Shown in pieces: positions 1 through 10,289 of a stretch of DNA of 64,000 bases. The position numbers and the translations under genes are program-made. The stretch lies in contig JAZJZK010000053.1 of the NCBI GenBank assembly GCA_040389905.1, positions 14,200 to 78,199 on the forward strand. The letters are read 5' to 3'. The notes under the pieces were generated by a model that saw only the letters and a list, made by a program, of their open reading frames with translations, had not been told where the DNA came from and searched no databases. This DNA is from Gemmatimonadota bacterium (GTDB lineage Bacteria > Gemmatimonadota > Gemmatimonadetes > Gemmatimonadales > Gemmatimonadaceae). Within the stretch, counting starts at the first letter, position 1. The number at the start of each line of letters is the position of its first letter.

Positions 1-2
1 CC

Positions 3-290
3 GATCCCGCAATCGAGCGGTATGGCACGACGCGAAGCCGGAACGGCGTACATACTGTGCGAAAGGGCGAGACGCTCGGCGGGATCGCCAGGAAGTACGG
101 GACGTCGACCGAGCGGCTAATGAAGCTGAACGGGCTCAAGAAGCCGAAGATCATCGCTGGCCAGTCGCTGATCGTGAGCGGCGGCTCGAAGGCAAAGCCA
201 AAAGCGAAGTCGCCGGCGAAAGCGAAGACAACGTCAAAGGCAAAGGGCAAGAAGAAACCAGCGGCGAAGACGCCAGCGAAGCGCCGCTAG
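3..290 (+). CDS. LysM-domain protein, C-terminal part (5' truncated by window edge)
   Basis: Frame reads HTVRKGETLGGIARKYGTSTERLMKLNGL (LysM repeat) followed by a Lys/Ala-rich tail. Confidence 0.85.
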   Translation, partial: DPAIERYGTTRSRNGVHTVRKGETLGGIARKYGTSTERLMKLNGLKKPKIIAGQSLIVSGGSKAKPKAKSPAKAKTTSKAKGKKKPAAKTPAKRR

Positions 291-997
291 TTGACCGTTC
301 CTTTCCCCTTATAGCCCTTCGTCAAAATCCGGTCGTACCCATTCGACGGATCGTCACCATTCGCGCGGGACTTCGCGACAGCGGCCGGCCCACGGTTATA
401 CACGAGCAACGCCAGCTTCATGTCGCCGTGATATTCATCAACGAGCCCGCGCAGGTATCGGAAGCCGACGCGCAGGTTCGTCGCTGGCTCGTAGAGCTTC
501 GCCGTTGTCATGCCCTTGTGGTAGAAGCGCGCCGTCGATGGCATCACCTGCGCCAATCCCACCGCGCCCACCGGGCTTGTCGCGTTGACGTTGAAATCGC
601 TTTCCAGCTTCACGAGACGGAATGCAATTTCCGGATCGATGTCCTCCGCCTGGGCAACATCGAGGATCATTCCGGCAAGCCCTGCATTGATGCTGTATGT
701 CGTCGAATAGCCGATCACGCGGTTGGCTCGCTCGAGCTGGGCGAGCGCGAGATCCAATTCTCCACGCGCAGAGTCGCGCTGTGCCGTGAGTGTGCGATCG
801 GTGCTGAGGTCAAAGTGGAAGGGGTTGCGGCGGGGCAGCGGTGCGGCCTCAGCCGTTTCCGGTGTGGCCGGTTCGCGATTCCCGAGCAAGAAGCCTGTCG
901 CGCCGAAGAAGCTGAGCGCCAGAACCGACTGCTGTATGCGCCTGCGTCGTCGCAAACGATCTCCGCGATGCACATACGTGCCTCGGAGTGTCTTCAT
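287..997 (-). CDS. Lytic transglycosylase (SLT domain)
   Basis: Motifs LES.F, GAVGLAQVMPSTA, YNRG; N-terminal hydrophobic segment. Confidence 0.85.
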   Translation of the reverse strand: MKTLRGTYVHRGDRLRRRRRIQQSVLALSFFGATGFLLGNREPATPETAEAAPLPRRNPFHFDLSTDRTLTAQRDSARGELDLALAQLERANRVIGYSTTYSINAGLAGMILDVAQAEDIDPEIAFRLVKLESDFNVNATSPVGAVGLAQVMPSTARFYHKGMTTAKLYEPATNLRVGFRYLRGLVDEYHGDMKLALLVYNRGPAAVAKSRANGDDPSNGYDRILTKGYKGKGTVN

Positions 998-1074
998 GAG
1001 TTGAACCCTGAAAAGGGGTTGTGATCAAGAATGGCAACGCGCGCCTTTGTCCCACAAAGGCAACGGACGTGCCA

Positions 1075-1566
1075 TCAGCCCCTCAAAAAGGCTCCGCTCG
1101 CTCCACCAGACTTTTCTTCGAGTCGGATCTCCCCGATCACCATACGTCGATCGACCGCCTTCGCCATGTCGTAAATCGTTAACAGCGCGACACTTGCAGC
1201 GGTGAGTGCTTCCATCTCGACGCCCGTCTTGCCGACCGTCCTGGCAATGGCCTCGACACGAATCCCAGGGAGTGCTGAGTCCGGCAGCAGGGCCACCGAG
1301 ACATCAGTCAATGTAATCGGGTGGCATAGCGGAATGAGATCGGACGTGCGTTTTGCCGCCATAATGCCGGCCAACCGTGCGACACCCAACACGTCTCCCT
1401 TCTTGAGCGAGTTCGCGACAATGGCATCCAGCGTCTCGGGCTCCATGGAGATGTGCCCCGACACACGGGCGACCCGTTCGCTGTCCGGTTTGCCGCCAAC
1501 ATCCACCATGCGGGCACTTCCGTCGGGAGCCACGTGGGAGAGCCTCGCTTTCCGTTCCTCCGTCAC
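1075..1566 (-). CDS. moaC: Cyclic pyranopterin monophosphate synthase MoaC
   Basis: LSH...[41 protein letters not shown]. Confidence 0.97.
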   Translation of the reverse strand: MTEERKARLSHVAPDGSARMVDVGGKPDSERVARVSGHISMEPETLDAIVANSLKKGDVLGVARLAGIMAAKRTSDLIPLCHPITLTDVSVALLPDSALPGIRVEAIARTVGKTGVEMEALTAASVALLTIYDMAKAVDRRMVIGEIRLEEKSGGASGAFLRG

Positions 1567-2636
1567 GCGATGTGCCTCGCAAGTTGACGCATCAGCTCAC
1601 TCGTGACGAGCTGCGGATTGGTCACGCCTTCCGCGCGCGTCTTGGCGGCTTCCACCGCATCGATCGCCTTCGCGGCACCAAAGGCCATGCGATCGTCGCC
1701 AGCAGCGGCGGCAGTCCGTACGCGCGCGTGCAGCAGGGTCGTGAGCGCGTCGAGCGAGGTGGCGAATGCCCCGCGCGCCTTGTTCGATCCCTGCATCAGC
1801 GCCGTTCGCATTTGCTCCTGGCGATCACCCCGACTCGCCGCGTCGAGTATTCGCTTGGCGCGCGCGATCGCGTCGGCCCACTCCGCGCCCGCGATCAGCG
1901 CACCGGGCGCGCCATTGGCAACGCGACGCTGCTCGTCCCGTGACTTCGGCCCGCCCGCCGACTTGATCGCGTCCTGCATGGCCGGCTCTGCGAGGACGGC
2001 GTCCACATCCGCGTCGCCCATCCCCGGCACGCGCACCGCGACGAGGCGCGAACGGATCGTGGGAATCAGCGAGCCGGGTTCGCTCGTCGTCAGGATGATC
2101 GTCGTGCGCGCCGATGGTTCTTCGAGGAGCTTGAGGAAGGCGCCAGCTGAATCCTCCGAGCCTTCGCGCAGTACCATGCGCTCCGCCTCTCCGACGACGT
2201 AGATCTTTCTCGCCGCCAGTGCCGGCGACATCGACGCCGACTGCGTGATCGCGCGAATCGTGGAGACGTAGATTCCCTCCTCCGGCGCCGGAGGCGTGTA
2301 GACGCCAGTCCGAACTCGCTCCCCGATCGCTTCACGGAAGTCATCGGCGATCTTTGCCGGCGAGGCGTCGGAGTCCTTGGGGCGCGGGCGCGGAAAGAAC
2401 CAGTGAATGTCGGGGTGTTGGCCCGCCAGCGCGAAGCGGCAGTGCTGGCAACTTCCGCAGGGTTTTGGGTCGGCGCCCGTGCAGACGAGTCGCTGCCCAA
2501 GCCAGAGTGCAAGCCGCTGCTTGCCGACACCAAGCGGGCCGTGCAGCATCAGCGAACCCGGGAGTGCATCTCGGCGAACGGCGTCGTCGAAGCGCGAGCG
2601 GATGAGCGAATGGCCGTGGAGGGGGAGCAGGGGCAC
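1563..2636 (-). CDS. holB: DNA polymerase III delta' subunit
   Basis: [16 protein letters not shown] zinc module, HPD, LKLLEEP, PTIRSR; stop overlaps moaC start. Confidence 0.9.
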   Translation of the reverse strand: MPLLPLHGHSLIRSRFDDAVRRDALPGSLMLHGPLGVGKQRLALWLGQRLVCTGADPKPCGSCQHCRFALAGQHPDIHWFFPRPRPKDSDASPAKIADDFREAIGERVRTGVYTPPAPEEGIYVSTIRAITQSASMSPALAARKIYVVGEAERMVLREGSEDSAGAFLKLLEEPSARTTIILTTSEPGSLIPTIRSRLVAVRVPGMGDADVDAVLAEPAMQDAIKSAGGPKSRDEQRRVANGAPGALIAGAEWADAIARAKRILDAASRGDRQEQMRTALMQGSNKARGAFATSLDALTTLLHARVRTAAAAGDDRMAFGAAKAIDAVEAAKTRAEGVTNPQLVTSELMRQLARHIA

Positions 2637-2660
2637 GATTGAAAGTAATGCCGAGGTCTA

Positions 2661-2685
2661 CGCTCAAGGGCGACAAAACGAGCGG
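2661..2685. repeat. Half copy of REP-like family A (cgctcaagggcgacaaaacgagcgg)
   Basis: Matches 9432-9455 apart from one extra base, and the reverse complement of 35094-35116. Confidence 0.7.
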
Positions 2686-2694
2686 AACCGCAAC

Positions 2695-2793
2695 ATGAAC
2701 CACAGAGGACACAGAGGACACGGAGAAAACCACAAAGGTTCTGATTGAGCATTCCATGCAGTCCTGTGTTCCTCTGTGTCCTCTGTGGTTCAT
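2695..2793. repeat. Palindromic element with 9-nt internal repeats (acacagagg)
   Basis: Perfect 24-bp inverted repeat atgaaccacagaggacacagagga (2695-2718) / tcctctgtgtcctctgtggttcat (2770-2793). Confidence 0.85.
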
Positions 2794-2856
2794 TGCTGTT
2801 TCCGTGCGGCACGGATTGTGACGCTCTTTCCAGCGAATTTCACAATCGAGGGAGCC

Positions 2857-3501
2857 ATGGAATCCGGACTCAAGGGACGCAGGGTGGCGATTCTCGCGAC
2901 GGACGGCGTCGAGCAGATCGAGTTCGAGGATCCTCGTCGCGCACTCGATGCCGCGGGCGCCGTCACGCACCTGATATCGCAGAAGGAAGGCTCCATCCAG
3001 GCGATGAATCACGATGAGAAAGGCGCGCGCATCCCGGTGGACCGTACGCTCGCCGCGTCGAATCCGAGCGACTACGACGCCCTGTTGTTGCCGGGCGGGG
3101 TGGCGAATCCTGATCGGTTGCGGATGGACCCAAAGGCGGTGCAGTTCGTTCGCGAGTTCATGCTGTCCGACAAGCCGGTCGCGGCCATCTGTCACGGCGC
3201 ATGGCTGCTTGTCGAGGCGGGCGCGGTGTCGGGGCGGACGCTGACCTCCTGGCCGTCGCTCCAGACGGACATTCGGAACGCCGGAGGGCAGTGGGTGGAT
3301 GAGGTGGTTCGTGTCGACGACAAGTTGGTGACGAGCCGGAAGCCCGAAGACCTGCCAAAGTTCTGTGCGACGATCGTGAAGGAGTTCGCCCGCGGCATCG
3401 AGGACGCGCAACTGGATGCGGTCAGCGAGCAGAGCTTTCCCGCGAGTGACCCGCCTCCCGGGCCGACGGCCATCGGGGGCCAAGGCGCCGCGCGCACTTG
3501 A
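2857..3501 (+). CDS. PfpI/DJ-1 family (type 1 glutamine amidotransferase-like) protein
   Basis: GVEQIE, LLLPGG, AICHG nucleophile elbow, TSRKPEDL; GGAG RBS before ATG 2857; SFPASDPP tail. Confidence 0.92.
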   Translation: MESGLKGRRVAILATDGVEQIEFEDPRRALDAAGAVTHLISQKEGSIQAMNHDEKGARIPVDRTLAASNPSDYDALLLPGGVANPDRLRMDPKAVQFVREFMLSDKPVAAICHGAWLLVEAGAVSGRTLTSWPSLQTDIRNAGGQWVDEVVRVDDKLVTSRKPEDLPKFCATIVKEFARGIEDAQLDAVSEQSFPASDPPPGPTAIGGQGAART

Positions 3502-3569
3502 GGACGCCGCGCCTCACTTTATGGCGCAAAGCACTTGACAAGCGACGGAAAACGCATCATTCTCCTGAC

Positions 3570-4187
3570 ATGACGCGCGTTCTGCCGCTCCGCCCCACGA
3601 AGACACCCCAGCCGCCCGAGATGCATGAACGGGCGATGGACAACCTTCGCTACATCAGAGAGACGATGGAGGCCGCCGCGACCTTCACCGCCGTCTCTGG
3701 CTGGGGCATGGTGCTCATCGGCGCCACCGCGATGGGCGCGGCACTGCTCGCGGCCGCCACGCACAGTACCACCCGCTGGCTCTTCATCTGGATGTGCGAA
3801 GCGGCACTCTCCGTCGCCGTCTCCGTTTACACCATGGCGCTCAAGGCACGGGCCGCGCAGCTGCCGCTCTGGTCCGAGCCCGCGCGAAAGATGGTCTTCA
3901 GCTTCGTCCCACCAATGATCGTGGGCGCGTTGCTCACCCTCGTGTTCTTCGAGCGCGGCCTCCTCTCGCTCATCCCCGGCGTCTGGATGCTGCTGTACGG
4001 CGTCGCCGTCGTCGCCGCCGGTACCTTCTCAGTCCGCATCGTCCCCGTCATGGGCCTCGTGTTCATGGCACTCGGCTCCGTCGTTCTCTTCACACCGCCC
4101 GCCTGGGCGACGGCGAGCATGGCTGTGGGGTTCGGTGCATTACATCTCGTTTTCGGAACTTTGATTGCACGGAGGCACGGTGGCTAA
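3570..4187 (+). CDS. Conserved hypothetical multi-pass membrane protein
   Basis: About six hydrophobic segments; DNLRYIRETME N-terminal motif; overlaps next gene start. Confidence 0.75.
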   Translation: MTRVLPLRPTKTPQPPEMHERAMDNLRYIRETMEAAATFTAVSGWGMVLIGATAMGAALLAAATHSTTRWLFIWMCEAALSVAVSVYTMALKARAAQLPLWSEPARKMVFSFVPPMIVGALLTLVFFERGLLSLIPGVWMLLYGVAVVAAGTFSVRIVPVMGLVFMALGSVVLFTPPAWATASMAVGFGALHLVFGTLIARRHGG

Positions 4188-4590
4188 GCACGGCGCAGCA
4201 ACGAAACGGACGAACGATCCCGCCGGCGAGGCGCGGGCGTCGCGCGCGCTACGGTCGGTGAATGGCGCCACGGTCGAGGGCCAGGCCGAAGAGGGCGCAT
4301 TGGCACTCGACCGTCTCATTCACGAGCGGTTGCGGCTCGGTATCGTCAGTGCGCTCGCGGTGAACGCATCGCTCACGTTCAATGAGCTCAAGCAGCTCAT
4401 GCAGACGACGGATGGCAACCTGAGCGTCCACGCGCGAAAGCTCGAGGACGCCGCCTACATCACCTGCAAGAAGTCCTTCGAGGGACGCGTGCCGAGGACC
4501 GAGTACAAGCTGACCGCGTTGGGCCGAAAGGCGCTCGAGCGCTACCTGGACCACATGGAGGCGCTGATTCGCGCCACACGGGAGCGCTGA
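4180..4590 (+). CDS. Winged-helix transcriptional regulator (HTH_34/MarR-like)
   Basis: LDRLIHERLRLGIVSAL...TDGNLSVHARKLEDA.Y; GGAGG RBS before GTG 4180. Confidence 0.88.
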   Translation: MAKHGAATKRTNDPAGEARASRALRSVNGATVEGQAEEGALALDRLIHERLRLGIVSALAVNASLTFNELKQLMQTTDGNLSVHARKLEDAAYITCKKSFEGRVPRTEYKLTALGRKALERYLDHMEALIRATRER

Positions 4591-4595
4591 TCCGG

Positions 4596-5357
4596 ATGTC
4601 CATTCCACGACACGCGAGCTCGCATTCCCACGGACACTCGCACTCCCCCACTCCGTTCGCTGGCCCGCACGTGGCCATCATCATGGACGGAAATGGCCGA
4701 TGGGCCACCGCGCATGGTTTGGGGCGGTCGGCGGGTCACGAAGCTGGTGTGCGCACGGTCAGGGAGGTCGTCGAGGCCGCGGTGCAGGAGAATGTCGGCA
4801 TCTTGACGCTGTACGCATTCTCCTCCGACAACTGGAAACGTCCGACGGCGGAAGTGACGGCGCTCATGCGATTGTTCCGCCGAGCGCTCATCGCCGAAGC
4901 GAAGCGCTGCCTCCAGAATGGCGTACGGTTGACCGTGCTCGGACGACGCGATCGTCTCGGTTCGTCGCTCCGTCACACTGTCGAACAGGTCGAGGCGGTG
5001 ACGGTGAGCGGGACCCGCATGCATCTGCGGATCGCCATGGACTACTCGGCGCGCGATGCGATGATACGAGCGTCGGCCGCATTGCGGGGCGAAGTGGTTT
5101 CGCGCGAGGCATTCACGGAAATGCTCGCGCGCGTGGACCATGACATGGTGCCGGCGCGCGACGTCGATCTGCTCGTCCGCACAGGCGGAGAGCAACGGTT
5201 GAGCGATTTTCTTCTGTGGGAGTGCGCCTACGCGGAAATGATCTTCCTGGAAAAGATGTGGCCGGAATTCGATGCCCAGGATCTCGCGGAGGCACTGGCG
5301 GATTTCCGGGGCCGGAATCGGCGATTCGGGTTGGCGCCGGAGCAGGTCGCCTCGTAG
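4596..5357 (+). CDS. uppS: Polyprenyl (undecaprenyl) diphosphate synthase
   Basis: HVAIIMDGNGRWA, YAFSSDNWKRP, RTGGEQRLSDFLLW, RRFG. Confidence 0.95.
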   Translation: MSIPRHASSHSHGHSHSPTPFAGPHVAIIMDGNGRWATAHGLGRSAGHEAGVRTVREVVEAAVQENVGILTLYAFSSDNWKRPTAEVTALMRLFRRALIAEAKRCLQNGVRLTVLGRRDRLGSSLRHTVEQVEAVTVSGTRMHLRIAMDYSARDAMIRASAALRGEVVSREAFTEMLARVDHDMVPARDVDLLVRTGGEQRLSDFLLWECAYAEMIFLEKMWPEFDAQDLAEALADFRGRNRRFGLAPEQVAS

Positions 5358-5387
5358 ACCTCATTGCATGGCACCAGTGGCAACGGG

Positions 5388-5489
5388 TTAGGGAACGGAT
5401 TCAACGGATGCAACGAAATCAGCCGGATTCAAAGACCTAAAGGTTCTTGATCCGGCTGTTTCTGTGGCATCCGTGAAATCCGTTCCTAA
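5388..5489. repeat. Imperfect palindromic element with 9-nt internal repeats (aacggatNc)
   Basis: ggaacggattcaacggatgc...cagccggat pairs with atccggctg...gcatccgtgaaatccgttcc; lies between convergent genes. Confidence 0.75.
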
Positions 5490-5540
5490 ATCACACCGAT
5501 GCTTGACGCGTGCACGTGCTCGACGCCGGTCATCGACTGC

Positions 5541-6590
5541 TTAGTTGCGCATCAACCGCACGCTTCCCGATCCCGCCTCGATCTTGATCCGGCCCTTGCC
5601 CGCGCCGATCGTCCCGCGAAGGGCGTGACGCTCGATCCGCGCGACCTTCACTTCGAAATCGGAGTTGATTCCGCCGCTCCCGGTTTCGATGTCGACCGAC
5701 GCGCTCGTTGTCGCGGGCATGCGCAGGGTGACGCCGCCGGAGCCGGCCTCGATGTCGACGTCATCCGGAGCCGTGAGCATTTCGATATCGCTGGTTCCGC
5801 TGCCAGCGTCGAGCCGGAAACGCGGCGCCTTCACGCCGGAAAGACGCACACCGCCCGAGCCGACGTCGGCCTTGATGTCCGTGAACTCGAGCGACCGGCC
5901 ACGGAGCGATCCGGAGCCAATATCCAGATTGAGCGTCCCGCCGCGAAGACCGTCGAGCGTCGCCCCGCCAGAACCACAGTCCACTTTGACGTCGCCCTGG
6001 ATGTCGACCAGATCCGCGCCACCCGAACCCGCGTCGACATTCAGCGAGCCTTTCACGTGCGAAACGCGAACGCCGGAGGCGGAGACATCGACGTCGATCT
6101 GGCCCTCGACGTTGTCGATCGTCGTTTCGCCAACGCCCTGACGCAGGAAGATCGACTTACCCTTCGGCACGATGACGTGCAGGTCGGCGTACGCATCCAG
6201 CCCGTCACCCCGACTGGTGACTTCGATACGGCGACGGCTGCGATCATCCCATCGTCCATTGCTGTCGCCGAAAGTGCCGTCCTCGTCGATCGTGATTTGC
6301 GTGCGGCCGTTCCAACGCATGTCGCGGTAGTAGATCCGGTCCTCCGGATAGGTGACCCGGAGTGCCATCCGTCCACGGACATTGCCCGTCTCGAGCTTGA
6401 GGCGTCCGGCATCTCGGCCACCTCGCGTGACCTCGACGATGACGCGGTCTCCGGTGCCCCCCTCGACGCGGAGCTTGCCGACAAGATTGTAGATGGCGAT
6501 TTCATGCCCGTCGAGCGTGACGCGCTCGGGTTGCTGGGCAGCGAGTGCCGCCGGGATCGCGATCAGGAGCGCTGCGCGAGTGAAGTGCAT
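5541..6590 (-). CDS. DUF4097 family beta-strand repeat protein (secreted)
   Basis: Signal peptide MHFTRAALLIAIPAALAA; many xGSGGx repeats. Confidence 0.85.
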   Translation of the reverse strand: MHFTRAALLIAIPAALAAQQPERVTLDGHEIAIYNLVGKLRVEGGTGDRVIVEVTRGGRDAGRLKLETGNVRGRMALRVTYPEDRIYYRDMRWNGRTQITIDEDGTFGDSNGRWDDRSRRRIEVTSRGDGLDAYADLHVIVPKGKSIFLRQGVGETTIDNVEGQIDVDVSASGVRVSHVKGSLNVDAGSGGADLVDIQGDVKVDCGSGGATLDGLRGGTLNLDIGSGSLRGRSLEFTDIKADVGSGGVRLSGVKAPRFRLDAGSGTSDIEMLTAPDDVDIEAGSGGVTLRMPATTSASVDIETGSGGINSDFEVKVARIERHALRGTIGAGKGRIKIEAGSGSVRLMRN

Positions 6591-6761
6591 TGGGACCTCG
6601 GTGGGGTGAACAGTCCGGTGCCTCAGGGGAGACGCCAACACTGGGACACCCGGGTCCGTCGGGAGGTTTGAAGGGAACATCGTGAGGTCGAGCGAAACAC
6701 CGGTCTGGACGAAGCGGCGCTCTTTTGCCATCCTATGGCCGTACCTAAAACGGGTGGCGCA

Positions 6762-7682
6762 ATGAATCGCTGGCTCAAGGGAATTGGCTACGTCGTGGGA
6801 GGCCTGTTAGGGCTCGTGCTCGTCACCGCCGCGGGCATCTACGGCTTTTCCGAGGCACGCTACCGCAAGCAGTACACGGTGACGCCACGGGCGGTTGCGG
6901 TTCCGACTGACTCCGCATCCGTCGCGCGAGGCGAACACCTGGTACAGACGATCGCGGCATGCGTCGACTGTCACGGTGAGAATCTCGGCGGCAAGGTGGT
7001 CTTCGATGCGCCAGCGTTCGGTCGCGTGTACGCGCTGAACCTGACCCGTGGAAAGGGCGGCGTCGGCGGGACGCTGACTGACGCGGATTTCGTGCGCGCT
7101 ATCCGACACGGGATTGCACCAACCGGCCGAGCACTCAAGGTCATGCCGTCGAGCGACTACATGAATCTCAGCGATGCGGATCTCGGCGCGATCATCGCGT
7201 ATGTGAAGTCCCGCCCGCCGGTCGACAATGAAGTGCCCTCCGTAATGATCGGACCCATTGGTCGAGCGTTGATGGTCGCAGGCAAGTTGCCCATCCTCGA
7301 AGCAGAGAGCATCGATCACGAAAAGCTGCAGGTCGCATCGGTGACGCCTGCGCCCACCGCGGGGTACGGTGCCTACCTGGCGAGCATCGGGTGCAAGGGC
7401 TGCCATGGTCCGACCTTGGCGGGTGGACCAATTCTCGGTGGCGATCCCTCGTGGCCACCCGCGGCGAATCTCACCCCGTCCGGATCGACGAAAGATTGGA
7501 GCGAGGACGACTTCCGGAAACTGCTCCGCGAAGGCAAGCGGCCGAATGGACTCACGGTCAATGCGGCGATGCCATTTCGCATTTTCGGCAAGCTGACGGA
7601 CGAGGAAATCCACGCGATTTTCCTCTACCTGCGCAGCATTGCACCGCAGGCCACACCAGGGGTGGTGACGGCGTCGAAGTAG
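6762..7682 (+). CDS. Membrane-anchored di-haem cytochrome c
   Basis: CVDCH and CKGCH motifs, N-terminal TM helix, ANLTP and MP motifs. Confidence 0.92.
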   Translation: MNRWLKGIGYVVGGLLGLVLVTAAGIYGFSEARYRKQYTVTPRAVAVPTDSASVARGEHLVQTIAACVDCHGENLGGKVVFDAPAFGRVYALNLTRGKGGVGGTLTDADFVRAIRHGIAPTGRALKVMPSSDYMNLSDADLGAIIAYVKSRPPVDNEVPSVMIGPIGRALMVAGKLPILEAESIDHEKLQVASVTPAPTAGYGAYLASIGCKGCHGPTLAGGPILGGDPSWPPAANLTPSGSTKDWSEDDFRKLLREGKRPNGLTVNAAMPFRIFGKLTDEEIHAIFLYLRSIAPQATPGVVTASK

Positions 7683-7687
7683 CCTGC

Positions 7688-8491
7688 CTACTTCACATGC
7701 TCGATCGCCCACGTCCAGTAGATCACGTCCTCAGCGGACATCTCACCTCGCGGTGATAACCGCGCGTCGGCGTATCCGTACTGGCCGATGTCCACGAGGT
7801 ACTGCCCACGACTGACAAGTGTGCCCTGGCACACGCGATCCGTGGGTGGCGCCGCGCGCAGGGCGGCGTGGCGTGCTGCGAAATCGCCCAGCACGTCGAC
7901 CGGCAACAGCGCGGCGTCACTCGGATAGATGAAGGTGAAGTAGACGAGGTACGAGTACAGCAGCGGCCACTGCGCGCCAAAGCGATCGATGAGCCGGTGC
8001 CACTCCAGCACGTTCGCGCGCGAGCGAAGAATGTGCATGATGTCCGCGCCGTCGAATCGCTCGCGTTCCATGACGAAGGCCTTCTGCCAGATCAGCTCCT
8101 CCGCCGGCACGATCTTGACCGGCATGCCGAGTACCTCCGTCTCGATCGCGTGGTCGAACCAGCCGTCGTCGATTGCACACAGGCCGTTACCAGAGCTGAA
8201 CACGAGATCGACGAAGTCTTCGTGCTGCCATGCCTTGGCGAGCCAGTGGTGGAACGTCAGTTCCGTCCGATAGCCCGCACCACGCAGCGCGTCCATCGCT
8301 CGCTCCACGTCGACGGCACGGAGGAACAGGTCGAAGTCCTTCGTGTTGCGAACGATCCCCGTGTACTCGAGAAATGCGTGCGATCCGCCAACGAGAAAGG
8401 GCACGGCCGCGTCGCTCAGGACGTGCAACGTTCTGCGATAGAAGTTGTTGGTGTCCTGTGCAGACGCATCGAGCGTGGACTGGCCGGTCAT
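7688..8491 (-). CDS. Nucleotidyltransferase family protein
   Basis: FLVGGSHA...R.TKDFDLF Pol-beta-like NTase signature; ERERFDGAD. Confidence 0.8.
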   Translation of the reverse strand: MTGQSTLDASAQDTNNFYRRTLHVLSDAAVPFLVGGSHAFLEYTGIVRNTKDFDLFLRAVDVERAMDALRGAGYRTELTFHHWLAKAWQHEDFVDLVFSSGNGLCAIDDGWFDHAIETEVLGMPVKIVPAEELIWQKAFVMERERFDGADIMHILRSRANVLEWHRLIDRFGAQWPLLYSYLVYFTFIYPSDAALLPVDVLGDFAARHAALRAAPPTDRVCQGTLVSRGQYLVDIGQYGYADARLSPRGEMSAEDVIYWTWAIEHVK

Positions 8492-8593
8492 GCGCCGGAC
8501 GGGTTGCAAGAGTAGGGCTAGCGTCAGGCGCCCGCCGCCGGGAGCGCTGGCCCGAAACCTTCAGTGAGGAGCACGAACCCTTCACCCACCCAC

Positions 8594-9397
8594 ATGGCAT
8601 CGAGTGACATCGTGCGCGTCGCGGCCGTCAGCGACGTCCACTACGGAAAAACGTCTCAGGGCACCCTGCAGTCCCTGTTCGCCCAGATTTCCGAGAATGC
8701 GGACATCTTCGTGCTCCCGGGCGACCTGACCGACTATGGGTTACCTGAGGAAGCCCGCGTGCTCGTGCGCGATCTGACTGCTACGCTCCGCATACCCGTC
8801 GTTGCTGTGCTTGGCAATCACGACTACGAGAGCGACCAGGCGGACGAAGTCCGCGCGATCCTGCGAGACGCCGGCATCCATGTGCTCGATGGCGACGCGG
8901 TCGAGTTGCTCGGCATCGGCTTCGCAGGTGTCAAGGGCTTCGCCGGGGGATTCGGGCGGGGCGCACTCGGCCCATGGGGCGAGCAGTCGATCAAGATGTT
9001 CGTGCAGGAAGCCGTTCAGGAGGCCCTGAAGCTCGAGTCGGCGCTCGCCCGCCTGACGACGGCCAGCCGCATCGCGCTCCTGCACTACGCGCCGATTCAC
9101 GAGACACTCGTCGGCGAACCGATCGAGATCTTCCCGTGGTTGGGGTCGAGCCGGCTCGAGGAACCGCTGACGCGATACGAAGTGAGCGCGGTCTTTCACG
9201 GCCATGCGCACAAAGGTTCCCCGGAGGGACGAACCAGCACAGGCATTCCCGTCTACAATGTCTCGCTGTCCGTGCTGAAGGAGCACTTTCCGGATCAACC
9301 TCCTTACCGAATCTTCGAGGTGTCACGTTCGGCGGAGGCGCCAGTGAATCGGCGCCATCTGGGGCGCCGAGTCACGGATCGCGCGGCGTCGCCGTGA
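8594..9397 (+). CDS. Metallophosphoesterase (calcineurin-like)
   Basis: SDVH, GDLTD, GNHD, LLHY, HGHAH motifs. Confidence 0.92.
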   Translation: MASSDIVRVAAVSDVHYGKTSQGTLQSLFAQISENADIFVLPGDLTDYGLPEEARVLVRDLTATLRIPVVAVLGNHDYESDQADEVRAILRDAGIHVLDGDAVELLGIGFAGVKGFAGGFGRGALGPWGEQSIKMFVQEAVQEALKLESALARLTTASRIALLHYAPIHETLVGEPIEIFPWLGSSRLEEPLTRYEVSAVFHGHAHKGSPEGRTSTGIPVYNVSLSVLKEHFPDQPPYRIFEVSRSAEAPVNRRHLGRRVTDRAASP

Positions 9398-9410
9398 AAA
9401 CCGAGAACAA

Positions 9411-9484
9411 GCAGGTGCGGGCCTTTCGCCACGCTCAGGGCGACAAAACGAGCGGCACGGCGTTCAAGGCGACAACGCGAGCGG
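9411..9484. repeat. REP-like family A, right arm plus a degenerate tandem copy
   Basis: ggtgcgggcctttcgccacgctcagggcgacaaaacgagcgg followed by ttcaaggcgacaacgcgagcgg. Confidence 0.7.
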
Positions 9485-10171
9485 CGTGCTGGTGGGATCC
9501 GTAATCGCCGGAAGCTGCTCCTCGATGCGTGCTGCTTCCCGCTCTGGAATAACGTCGGCAAAGCGTCGGAAATCGCCCTCGAGTGAGTGCCGCCCTCGCG
9601 GGATCACGAGCGCCGCAATCGCGTCCATGAGACTGCCATCCGTGACGCGGTAATCGATGGCAACGCTCACGCATGTCTGACCATCTTCGGGACTGAACCG
9701 CATGATGCCGCTGGTGATCACGGGCGAACCAGGCACGCTGCGCCACCCGATCACCGAGTTCGTGACGAACTTTGTCGTCACCGCATCCCACTCGATTTCA
9801 CCACCACTTGGTGTTGACGCGCACCAATGCGAGCGGCCGTCACTGTTGTCGCGTACCTCCCGAAGCGAGCCGATGAAACGCGGAAAATTCTCGAAGTCCG
9901 CGCAAAAAGCGAACACCTGCTCCACCGGCCGCCCGACGACGAAGGAGAAGCGAAGACTCGCGGAGCGGCGCCTTGTGCCTGCCTTGCGGACGGCCCGCTC
10001 AATCGGTTTCCGCGCGGCGACGCCAATGAGAAGCCAACCCAGCAGTGTCGATGCCACCCGCGCGCTGCCGCGCTGCGGCCGTGTGGCCAGGATGAGTCCG
10101 CCCGTCAGTCCAGCCGCCACGGACAACGGGTCAAACGAACGAGCGGGCCGAAGAGCGGATTGATCAGTCAT
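9464..10171 (-). CDS. SRPBCC / polyketide cyclase family protein
   Basis: RPVEQVFAF..DFENFPRF, SHW, IEWDA, IGWRS; start uncertain. Confidence 0.85.
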   Translation of the reverse strand: MTDQSALRPARSFDPLSVAAGLTGGLILATRPQRGSARVASTLLGWLLIGVAARKPIERAVRKAGTRRRSASLRFSFVVGRPVEQVFAFCADFENFPRFIGSLREVRDNSDGRSHWCASTPSGGEIEWDAVTTKFVTNSVIGWRSVPGSPVITSGIMRFSPEDGQTCVSVAIDYRVTDGSLMDAIAALVIPRGRHSLEGDFRRFADVIPEREAARIEEQLPAITDPTSTPLALSP

Positions 10172-10289
10172 GCGTCGGCCTACGCGCAATTGGAGTGCCG
10201 CTCGTTTTTTCGCCCTGAGCTCGAGCGAAGTCCTGCACTCGGTTTCGATGGTTTTGGAAATGGTTGCACCGCTCATCAGAGCTTCGCTT

